Source: a virus. From it: DNA of 64,000 bases. Positions 51,724 to 60,050 of this stretch are shown here, in pieces. The DNA lies in the IMG/VR virus record IMGVR_UViG_3300035204_002571, positions 1 through 64,000 of that record; one strand, 5' to 3'. The notes beneath the pieces are model-generated. The model had not been told where the DNA came from. It worked only from the letters and a program-made list of their open reading frames with translations, and made no database searches. Position numbers and translations under genes: made by a program. Numbering within the stretch: position 1 is the first letter of the stretch; every line of letters starts with the position of its first letter.

Positions 51724-54700
51724 ATGGCAAAGGCTAATAGAGAAAAGCTTTCGAGAGTAAACTTTTTTGACGGCCAAAGAGTAACGGAGGCAGATTTAGA
51801 TGATGAGCAAATTCATCATCGTGGTCTAGTCTCTAGTTTAACTAAGGACTTTCATGGAAGCGGTATTGTAAGAGACCGTCTTTTTGAAAGCTATGTTTTA
51901 TTGGATACTGGCGATCCTGGAGCCTATTTAGGCGATAATGAAGAAAATGAATCAGAATTTGTAATCAACTCAGGGACTTATGATGGTAGGGCGATTTTTT
52001 TGGATCGTCAGCCGAGCGATACTGTATATGGAAACAGACTTGAGATTGAGGCTTCAGGGCTTGATGTCGGAGGAAGGCTCACCACAAAGGTTCTGATTAT
52101 TGGGGCTGCTTTTAGCAGCCTGAGTGATACTGGGGAACTTGTATCTGAAGTTATAGAATTTAATGAAAATGTTACAAAGGTTACAGAAAATTATTATACA
52201 CGAGTTGTAGCTGTATTTTTTAATAACTTTTCCGGAGGAACGGGCAGGACCGAGAATAGTTTAAGCGAACAAAGCTTGAATCTATTGACAGATGATGGAA
52301 AAATTGTAATAAGAGAAGCTGAACCATTTAAGGTTTTCGCAAGAACTCAGACCTCTTTTCAGACCAGCTCTCCCAGTATAGAGCTTGCCAACTTTATAAC
52401 ATCTAGCGAAGAATTATCTATAGAGGACGAGATAAAAGAAGGCCTTGGCTCTGTATATAACTTTAATGATCTATATTTTGAATTAGAGGCCCAAGAGGAA
52501 GTAACTTTCAGTGTCGATGGGGACCAGACCACTTCTTATGGACAAAAGTTTTTAGCAAAAGCAGACAATATTCAAAAAATTGATCTTTTATTTTCAGTCG
52601 AAAGAGATGAAGATGCACATTCTGGAGAGGAATATTTCTTCTCCGGAGATATCGTTATATCGATACATAAGTTATCAACAGATATACAATGTGTAACAGA
52701 TCCTCATCCAGATAATTTAATAGACTTTGATCCAGAGCCCTCTCCTATTATGGAGATGTCATACTCCCAAGAGGACCTTGAAGCTCTAGGATATAAGCTG
52801 GATGACACGCCTAAGGTTGTTAGCTTTGATTTCTCTGGAACGTTAATTGCAGATCCGGGGATAGAGCCTTCGCTTGAGGTTGGCGAATATTACGCAGTTC
52901 TAATTAGTCGCCGTGGTGACAATAGAACTGGAACCATTGTTATGCAAAAGGGATACGATAAAGCCTCAAGAAAAATTGGCAATGGCCAAACGCTAAATGT
53001 AATTGAAAGCTTTGGCAAGCAAACAACAAGGTTTATAGAATTTGATCCAAATAATTTGGTATACGTTGATGACATGGATTCATCGTTATGGTTTGTTGTT
53101 CATTCTGATACAGTTGAAGTTACAGACGGAATAGCGTACACCGATGACGGCTTCTTGGTCGTATTGCCAAAAACAGAAGAATATGTTGGCAGCACAGAGA
53201 TCTCTTCCTTTATGAGGGATGTGGCGCTTGCCGATGTATCTGAGGGAACAGACAATTTAGTTGTTCTTCAGCGGCAAGATAACTTTGAAACGCCAGGAAT
53301 ACACCCTAGAACTGGAAACTTTGTAAACACAAGAGTGCAAGACTCACCATCTATTTCGGTTATGTCAACCGATGAGTGGGAGAGTGTAGATGCAGATTAT
53401 CCCCCTATTTTACTTGCAAGGGTTCAGGATAATAATGTAAGAGAAGCTCAAGATATAACGGGAACATTTGATCTGCCTGGATTGGTAGCAAGCAGTGAGA
53501 TCATATTTGTAGACCCTGATTCGGATATGATTAATGAAAACCTGATAAACAGGGTAATAACTCCGGATTTGGATTGCGAGTGTAATGCCAGATATAGAAT
53601 CGTAGGAGTAACATGTGAAAAAGCATATGCTGGAGATCTAAATGGCGATGAGGAAATAACAACTAGTGATATAGTTGATTTGTTAAATGTTGTCGGGAAT
53701 ACTATAAATACAGAAACGACAGAAAGAAGAATTCTCGGCGGTGAGCTAGACCTTGTAGACTTTATAAAGTCAGACCTAAACGAAGACGGGACAGTCGACG
53801 GTTTTGACATAGAGCTAATAGAAGACGCCGTAGATGGATATACCAATTTTACTGTCGAAGAGTCCTTTAATGTATTAACCTTAAAGTTAGAAAATATATT
53901 GGAAGAAGATGATTACCCAGTCTTGTTTGAGGATACGTCATCATCTGGAACTACAGAGAGCCAGGAAGACATTGTTAATTTTGTAACTGATGAGGAAAAT
54001 CAGGCATTAGCAATCAGAATAGGGGATCAGGTCGTTATACCATCAGATTCGTCTGATGCCGGTGTGTACCTGGTTTATTCCAAAACTGTAGACGAAACAG
54101 GTGTAGGAGTCACCCTTTCTGTTACAGATACAGATGGAGAAGAGGTAAGTTTTTCAGGGTCCAGCGCAGGGTTTGATGTTATAATTACAAGCGGAACAAG
54201 GGTCAATCTTTTTGCAGATAACTTAAAGCTTTTGAACGTCCCGTTTGAAGAGAAGAATTGGGCAATATCGTATATTGGAGCACCACATCAGAGTGAGTTT
54301 GTTGATGTATGCGACTTAAGAAGATATGTAGAAACAAACTTTATAGAAGAGTTTGAAGAAGTATGCGTTTGCGATGAAGACCCGTGTATAGAGACTGGCG
54401 ATTGTACTCCTCAGTATAAAAATCAAAAAGTCTTAGCAGATGATTTGTTTATTCCAAGCGGAGAAATTTACAAAGAGCCTGGAGTTCCTTATCATGGCGA
54501 TATAGAGTATTCTACAATAACTATTCCCCTGCCTCCTGGCACTATTGATGACTGCGAAATTGATTTATATACAAACTTTATAAAAGCAGGTTCGGGAAAG
54601 TGCAAAACAGAGTCTGGCTATCCTGCTATGAAGTATTCGGACGGCACGTATGTCGGATGTGAAGATTCAGGGGCAGAAACAGATATAACAAAAGGAAAGG

Positions 54701-56286
54701 TAAAGATAACTCAGTGTATTGCAAGTCTTTATGTAGATGCTTTTGTAGATGGGTATGCTGTAGATGGGTATGCTGATGAAGAAGACGTATCAACATCCGC
54801 AGAAGTTATTGCCGAAAACTTTACAGATCATACTTATCCAAATACGTCTGGATTTTCCGAATGGGCTCCATCTCCCCCTCTTAGCTACCTGGTGGCCTCT
54901 GCCGCCTCGGGATCGAATGAGCCAGTATTTTTTGATTTAGAAACGATTAATGCCGGAGAGAGATACGCAAGAATAAGCCAGCCTTCTGCTTCGGATAACA
55001 TCTCTGGAGATTTTGTTATAGACATAAGAATGTCAAGAACGATTTGGGATGAGAATGAATTAAAGTTTGGAAAAGTTGGATTTTTTACATCATTGGTTAT
55101 AACGAATGATGATGGGACGGAGTCGACTCTCAAGCTTGGGTGGAGACAAACTGCGTATCAAAATGTAGAATTATTTTATAGCGGAGAGATCGTTGACACA
55201 ACGGCTGGAACCGTTGTAAGTGATTTTGATTTCTCCGTAGAAGCGGGAGATGACTTAGGAGACGAAATAAGGTTTAGGCTAAGAAGGGTCAATGAGGCTG
55301 TTTTTGCCATGTATTTTGACGATACTCTTTTGGATTTTTCCGAAAACTTTACTGGCCAACTTGTAAGAATAGGTACAGCACCAGATGTGCAGCCTGGAGC
55401 CGGAGATGCTAGAGCGCATGTTGAAATGGCGCAATATGATAACCCAAATGTTGGAGTTATATACGCAACAACTCTTCATGATATGGTGATTAGATATGAT
55501 TACTCTTCGGTATCTTCAGCAGAAGAGGAATCGGTTGTGCTGAGCAGGGATTCAGACGGCTTAATTGACAGAACTACGGTGACATTCCCAATGCTATTAA
55601 CGCAAAGGACAAATATTGTATCAGCAACATTAAGCATGACTGTTGCCGATGAGGTCGATGCGGCTTCCGCAGTAGAAAGCTTTAATATTATACCTTATGA
55701 TATATTAAATGCAGATAATCTTGGAACCTTGATTGATTATCCGTTAGAAGAAAATGACTCATTCATAGTTACGTTTGAGCCTGGAGAGGCTGTGACCGGT
55801 TCAACAATAGACGTTGACGTAACCTCTCTCGCAATATATTATCTATCACAATCAGGGCATCTGCCAGGATTTTATAAGGCATTAATTATAGAGCCAAGCG
55901 CTACAGCTGAGGCTAGTTTAACAATTTTGCCCAGCATAACCTTGACAGTAGAATATGAAGATATAACCACAGGGGTTGTATTCAAGGTTGGTACAAACTT
56001 GGATCCTAGCACTGGGATAGTATCCTTGCAAACAAAGAATATTTTGTATGATTCATTAAATGAGGCAAATAGAACGGTTTTGAAATTTGGAGTTCATCTT
56101 AAAAAATCAGGATTTATGAATGATGACGTAATTATAGGCATTAAAGATCTTGCAAGAATAGGCATAGGTACATGTATTGATGAAACAGATTTCGAAGAAG
56201 ACGAGCTTTGTTTCTTTATCGCAGGCAGCACTGCAACCGGAACCTTTGTCGAAGGTCCGTTCCCCTGCTATTTCCATCTACCATAA
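51724..56286 (+). CDS. Baseplate-attached fibre-like protein with a dockerin-type duplicated Ca2+-binding domain (1520 aa)
   Basis: Start moved to ATG 51724 (AGGAG SD). N-terminal 'RVNFFDGQRVTEADLDDEQ...HGSGIV' resembles fibre-attachment N-termini of contractile tails. 'GDLNGDEEITTSDIVDLLNVV...SDLNEDGTVDGFDIELIEDAV' dockerin repeats. Confidence 0.7.
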   Translation: MAKANREKLSRVNFFDGQRVTEADLDDEQIHHRGLVSSLTKDFHGSGIVRDRLFESYVLLDTGDPGAYLGDNEENESEFVINSGTYDGRAIFLDRQPSDTVYGNRLEIEASGLDVGGRLTTKVLIIGAAFSSLSDTGELVSEVIEFNENVTKVTENYYTRVVAVFFNNFSGGTGRTENSLSEQSLNLLTDDGKIVIREAEPFKVFARTQTSFQTSSPSIELANFITSSEELSIEDEIKEGLGSVYNFNDLYFELEAQEEVTFSVDGDQTTSYGQKFLAKADNIQKIDLLFSVERDEDAHSGEEYFFSGDIVISIHKLSTDIQCVTDPHPDNLIDFDPEPSPIMEMSYSQEDLEALGYKLDDTPKVVSFDFSGTLIADPGIEPSLEVGEYYAVLISRRGDNRTGTIVMQKGYDKASRKIGNGQTLNVIESFGKQTTRFIEFDPNNLVYVDDMDSSLWFVVHSDTVEVTDGIAYTDDGFLVVLPKTEEYVGSTEISSFMRDVALADVSEGTDNLVVLQRQDNFETPGIHPRTGNFVNTRVQDSPSISVMSTDEWESVDADYPPILLARVQDNNVREAQDITGTFDLPGLVASSEIIFVDPDSDMINENLINRVITPDLDCECNARYRIVGVTCEKAYAGDLNGDEEITTSDIVDLLNVVGNTINTETTERRILGGELDLVDFIKSDLNEDGTVDGFDIELIEDAVDGYTNFTVEESFNVLTLKLENILEEDDYPVLFEDTSSSGTTESQEDIVNFVTDEENQALAIRIGDQVVIPSDSSDAGVYLVYSKTVDETGVGVTLSVTDTDGEEVSFSGSSAGFDVIITSGTRVNLFADNLKLLNVPFEEKNWAISYIGAPHQSEFVDVCDLRRYVETNFIEEFEEVCVCDEDPCIETGDCTPQYKNQKVLADDLFIPSGEIYKEPGVPYHGDIEYSTITIPLPPGTIDDCEIDLYTNFIKAGSGKCKTESGYPAMKYSDGTYVGCEDSGAETDITKGKVKITQCIASLYVDAFVDGYAVDGYADEEDVSTSAEVIAENFTDHTYPNTSGFSEWAPSPPLSYLVASAASGSNEPVFFDLETINAGERYARISQPSASDNISGDFVIDIRMSRTIWDENELKFGKVGFFTSLVITNDDGTESTLKLGWRQTAYQNVELFYSGEIVDTTAGTVVSDFDFSVEAGDDLGDEIRFRLRRVNEAVFAMYFDDTLLDFSENFTGQLVRIGTAPDVQPGAGDARAHVEMAQYDNPNVGVIYATTLHDMVIRYDYSSVSSAEEESVVLSRDSDGLIDRTTVTFPMLLTQRTNIVSATLSMTVADEVDAASAVESFNIIPYDILNADNLGTLIDYPLEENDSFIVTFEPGEAVTGSTIDVDVTSLAIYYLSQSGHLPGFYKALIIEPSATAEASLTILPSITLTVEYEDITTGVVFKVGTNLDPSTGIVSLQTKNILYDSLNEANRTVLKFGVHLKKSGFMNDDVIIGIKDLARIGIGTCIDETDFEEDELCFFIAGSTATGTFVEGPFPCYFHLP
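54745..54774 (+). repeat. 15-bp tandem repeat x2 encoding VDGYA-VDGYA
   Basis: GTAGATGGGTATGCT twice, preceded by degenerate GTAGATGCTTTT. Confidence 0.88.
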
Positions 56287-56309
56287 TTTCTAAAAAAATA
56301 GGCATGTTT

Positions 56310-56318
56310 TGGTATAAT
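56310..56318 (+). promoter_or_regulatory. Extended -10 promoter (TGnTATAAT), probably yielding leaderless mRNA for the GT array
   Basis: TGGTATAAT ends 8 nt before ATG 56327; no SD in between. Confidence 0.55.
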
Positions 56319-56326
56319 TATATACC

Positions 56327-57412
56327 ATGAGTGCATTAAAAATTAGATCGCAGGCGATGCTTGGCACAACTCATAGTTGGGCCGTTACCATAAGAAGTCT
56401 TCTTAGAGAGTTCCGAGCAATGGGGCATGGCCTATATTTGAATAGTATAAATGGTTATGATTTATATCCAAAGCAGTGGAATAAATTTAAGAGGGAATGT
56501 GGAGATGCAGATATAGACTTAACCTACACATTGCCAAGAAACTTTCCGCATAGATTTAACAGAAATTCCAAATTAAAATTAGCAATATATAATTATGAAA
56601 CTAGTATTTTGCCTCAAGTTTGGTCTGATAAAATAAAGCATATAGATTATGCCTTGCCATCAAGCAGATTTTCAAAAGAAGTTTTTGTTAACTCGGGCTG
56701 GCCAGAGGAAAAGTGCATCGTAATTCCTCATGGCGTTAACTTAAAAGACTTTCAGGATAAATCCAAAGTAAATAATCTTAAGACAAGAAAGAAATTTAAA
56801 TTTTTAAACGTTTCTATTCCTCATTATAGAAAAAATATAGATGTTTTGGTCGATGCATATTATAGCGCATTTACAGACAGTGATGATGTTTGTCTTTTGT
56901 TAAAAGTTAAGCTTGAAAAGCCAAAATATAAGTTTGAATGCGATGTAATTAAGCAGATTCTAAAGGCTCAAAAAAAGCACAAGGGGAAAAGGCTGCCGCA
57001 AGTAGAGGTTGTGCAGCATAAGTATGATAGTATGGTTCCCTTATATAATACGTGTCATAGTCTAGTTAGCGCATCTTCCGCAGAAGGCTTCGGATTACCC
57101 TTGCTGGAGGCTTTGGCAGCAGGGATGGTGGTTATAGCGCCGAACTGCACAGGTCAGCTTGATTTTTTAAATAGAAGAAATTCCTTATTAGTTGATGTTA
57201 AGGAGATAAAGGCAACAGCTAAGTATCAGTACTGGAGGCCCTCTCCTGGTGCGAAAACTTTTCTTCCAGAGGTTGAATCGTTAGCAGAAAATATGAAAAA
57301 TACTTATGAAAATCATAAAAAATTAAAGAAAAAATTTAAAACAGAAGCTAAAAAAACAGTAGAAAAATTTACTTGGGAAAATGCTGCAAAACAAATATTG
57401 GATATTTCATGA
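56327..57412 (+). CDS. GT-B glycosyltransferase, GT4-like (1)
   Basis: 'VIPHGV', 'RKNIDVLVDAY', 'EGFGLPLLEALAAG', 'FTWENAA'. Confidence 0.92.
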   Translation: MSALKIRSQAMLGTTHSWAVTIRSLLREFRAMGHGLYLNSINGYDLYPKQWNKFKRECGDADIDLTYTLPRNFPHRFNRNSKLKLAIYNYETSILPQVWSDKIKHIDYALPSSRFSKEVFVNSGWPEEKCIVIPHGVNLKDFQDKSKVNNLKTRKKFKFLNVSIPHYRKNIDVLVDAYYSAFTDSDDVCLLLKVKLEKPKYKFECDVIKQILKAQKKHKGKRLPQVEVVQHKYDSMVPLYNTCHSLVSASSAEGFGLPLLEALAAGMVVIAPNCTGQLDFLNRRNSLLVDVKEIKATAKYQYWRPSPGAKTFLPEVESLAENMKNTYENHKKLKKKFKTEAKKTVEKFTWENAAKQILDIS

Positions 57413-58929
57413 ATATATTAGATTCTTATAAAAAGAATAATTGGAAAACAAAGGGCGTAATGTTTTCTGATAAAAATATTATAATGAACTCAAAGTCTAA
57501 ATTATCCTCAGAATTATCTAATTTTAACTCTGTATCTATAAAGATAATTGGCAAAAAGATATCCGGAAATGGTCATCTAATTTTATCTATAAAAAATAAA
57601 AAGAATGAAATATTATTTTCTAAAAATGTAAATTTTACGAAAACATCTTGGTCGGAGCATTCTTTTAAATTTAAAAATAAAGTTGAAAATGGAGTATTAG
57701 AGCTGTCAAGGGGCAAGACATCTTTCGGCAGAGTAGAGATAGGCAGAATCGTTTTAGATGATAATAGGCCAAAGGTTATGCCGAAGAAGAGAAGAGGCAA
57801 TGATAGCCATTTTGATAATTATTTAAATCTTTTAAGTCAATTTTCTTTAAAGAAGAAGGTTGCCGTAATTATTCCTTATGGAATATACGGAGGTGGAGAG
57901 GTATATTTGAAGAATATTTTTGCAAATACTAAAGATATTTTTAATATTGATTTTTTATATTTGTCAAAAAATACACTTAAGTTTGAAATGTCAAATACAA
58001 ACATAAAACATAAAGACATTGGAAATTTAAATCGTCTATCTGCAACACTAGTCAACAATAGGTACGATACAGTTATTTTTTATAATAGCGCAAGAGTTTA
58101 TAATGTAGTCTCAAAGCTGAAGGTGGAAGATAAAATAAATTCAAACATCATTGAAATATATCATAGTGATTTTCTTTGGCAGGATGCAGTCGCCAAGCTG
58201 AGAGAAAGGGTGGGTGTTGACTTTATATTTAGAGTTAGTCAAAATTTAGCTGTTGATATCTTGGGCGTACCAGATGAAAGAAAGATGTTTGTTCCGGTAG
58301 GGATTGATACTAAGCTTTTTATAAGAAAAGAAAATACAGAATTGAGAAGCAAGCTGGGGATTGATAAAAATAAAACTATATTTGGAATGGTGGCCAGATT
58401 GTCTCCTGAGAAAAATATAGAATATGCATTAAGGTTGGTTAAGGGATCAAGAGACATACATTTGCTAATTATAGGCTCAGGGCCATTATCCGGAGCGTTG
58501 CAAAGACTTGTTAAGGAAGATAAGATAGATAATGTATCATTTTTGGGATATAAAAATAATGTTCAAGAATTTTATAATATTTTTGATGCATTTTTATTAA
58601 CCTCAAAAATAGAGGGAACCCCAATATCAATTCTTGAAGCGATGTCATGCTCTTTGCCTATTTACTCAACAGATGCAGGGCAGATAAAGAATGATTTCGG
58701 TCATCTAGATAATTTTCATATATTGAGTGGCTCCCCAGATGATGACAAAGAGTTCATAAAAAGACAAATAAATATGCCTAATTACTGTCAAAACCTAAGA
58801 GAGTATATAGTTGAAAATCATAATATTGATATAGTCTCAAATAAGTTTTTTACAAATATTTTAAATGGTTCATTAAACTTTATAGAAAAAGATAAAGATA
58901 CAGTTATAGTTTCTGGAGAATATATATAA
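57409..58929 (+). CDS. GT4-like glycosyltransferase (2) with an extra N-terminal beta-rich domain
   Basis: Start at the ATGA overlap (57409); 'YGGGEVY', 'ARLSPEKN', 'FLGY', 'EGTPISILEAMSC'. Confidence 0.9.
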   Translation: MNILDSYKKNNWKTKGVMFSDKNIIMNSKSKLSSELSNFNSVSIKIIGKKISGNGHLILSIKNKKNEILFSKNVNFTKTSWSEHSFKFKNKVENGVLELSRGKTSFGRVEIGRIVLDDNRPKVMPKKRRGNDSHFDNYLNLLSQFSLKKKVAVIIPYGIYGGGEVYLKNIFANTKDIFNIDFLYLSKNTLKFEMSNTNIKHKDIGNLNRLSATLVNNRYDTVIFYNSARVYNVVSKLKVEDKINSNIIEIYHSDFLWQDAVAKLRERVGVDFIFRVSQNLAVDILGVPDERKMFVPVGIDTKLFIRKENTELRSKLGIDKNKTIFGMVARLSPEKNIEYALRLVKGSRDIHLLIIGSGPLSGALQRLVKEDKIDNVSFLGYKNNVQEFYNIFDAFLLTSKIEGTPISILEAMSCSLPIYSTDAGQIKNDFGHLDNFHILSGSPDDDKEFIKRQINMPNYCQNLREYIVENHNIDIVSNKFFTNILNGSLNFIEKDKDTVIVSGEYI

Positions 58930-60050
58930 TGAGTAATGACTTTCCATCTATAAGATTTTTTGGACGGCCCCATGGGAAGGGAGGATATGGAAATGCCACG
59001 AGAAATATTTGCCTGGCCTTTTCCAGATCCGCTGTAAATACGAGGTTTGAACTAAAGGGTGACAAAAAATTTGTTGATAAAAACTTAAATAATTTTGATG
59101 GAACGCCAAAGGTTGACCTCTATCTTCATACTCCTCCGTTTTCAAGGCATAGATCAAATAATTATAAAATTGGATATTTTTATTGGGAGACAAGTATATT
59201 GCCGAAAAGTTGGGCAAAAGATATTTGCAAGAATGTTAATGAACTCTGGGTGCCTTGCAACTTGACAAAGACGGCGTGTTTAAGAAGCGGCTTTAGTGGC
59301 CCTATAGAGATTCTTCATACACCATGTGATACTGATGTTTCTTTTTCCAATGTAGCGATACCATCTCCTATGACGGAAGAATTGATCTTGTCCGATAATA
59401 CTTTTAAATTTTATTCTATTTTCCAATGGGGAGAGAGAAAGGGTTATACAGAGCTTTTAAAGTCTTACTATAAAGAATTTGATGGTGATGATAATGTTAT
59501 TTTGATATTAAAAGTAAACCCAATAAGAAGTGATAAGAATAATATTGCAAAAATTAAATCAGATATTTTAAAGATTAAAAAGATGGTAAACAAAAAGAAT
59601 TCTCCAAAAATATATCTGATTACAGACCATCTGAACAAACAGGCTCTTATGGGCCTTCACAGGGCTTGTGACGCCTTTGTGCTCCCTCATCATGGCGAGG
59701 GCTGGGGGATGCCTATACATGACGCTATGATGTGTGACAGTCACATTATAACTACATCATTTGGCGGCATAACAGAATTTTTAAATAATGACAATGCATT
59801 TGTAATAGATCACACTCTTGGGGCTGTAAAGCCGGTTAGCTGGAGTCCATGGTATCAGCCGTATCAGAAGTGGGCATACCCAAAGGTTCAGCACCTCAGA
59901 GTGCTTATGAGGAATCTTTATGAAAACAAAGATAAGTACTCAAGCAAACTAGAGAGCGCAAGGGTTTTGGCAGCATCTTTGGATATAAAATCTTGCTCCG
60001 AAAGAATTGAGCAAATATTATTACAAAAAAGATTTAAAAGGTTTTTATAA
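58929..60050 (+). CDS. GT4-like glycosyltransferase (3)
   Basis: 'GGYGNATR', 'ERKGYTELLKSY', 'EGWGMPIHDAMMC'. Confidence 0.9.
   Translation: MSNDFPSIRFFGRPHGKGGYGNATRNICLAFSRSAVNTRFELKGDKKFVDKNLNNFDGTPKVDLYLHTPPFSRHRSNNYKIGYFYWETSILPKSWAKDICKNVNELWVPCNLTKTACLRSGFSGPIEILHTPCDTDVSFSNVAIPSPMTEELILSDNTFKFYSIFQWGERKGYTELLKSYYKEFDGDDNVILILKVNPIRSDKNNIAKIKSDILKIKKMVNKKNSPKIYLITDHLNKQALMGLHRACDAFVLPHHGEGWGMPIHDAMMCDSHIITTSFGGITEFLNNDNAFVIDHTLGAVKPVSWSPWYQPYQKWAYPKVQHLRVLMRNLYENKDKYSSKLESARVLAASLDIKSCSERIEQILLQKRFKRFL

Noticed and set aside
11268-56286. Interpretation as an extracellular contractile injection system (Afp/PVC-like) or T6SS
   Set aside because: There is a single sheath and tube, a G/GT frameshift chaperone and a neck-like gene at the left edge, and no Afp15-type AAA+ ATPase or T6SS membrane complex. 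Phage tail is more parsimonious, but head genes are outside the window so this is not fully excluded.
20136-56286. Inteins or introns explaining the giant ORF sizes
   Set aside because: No Hint-type splice-junction motifs or homing-endonuclease motifs were recognised by eye, and the frames are uninterrupted.
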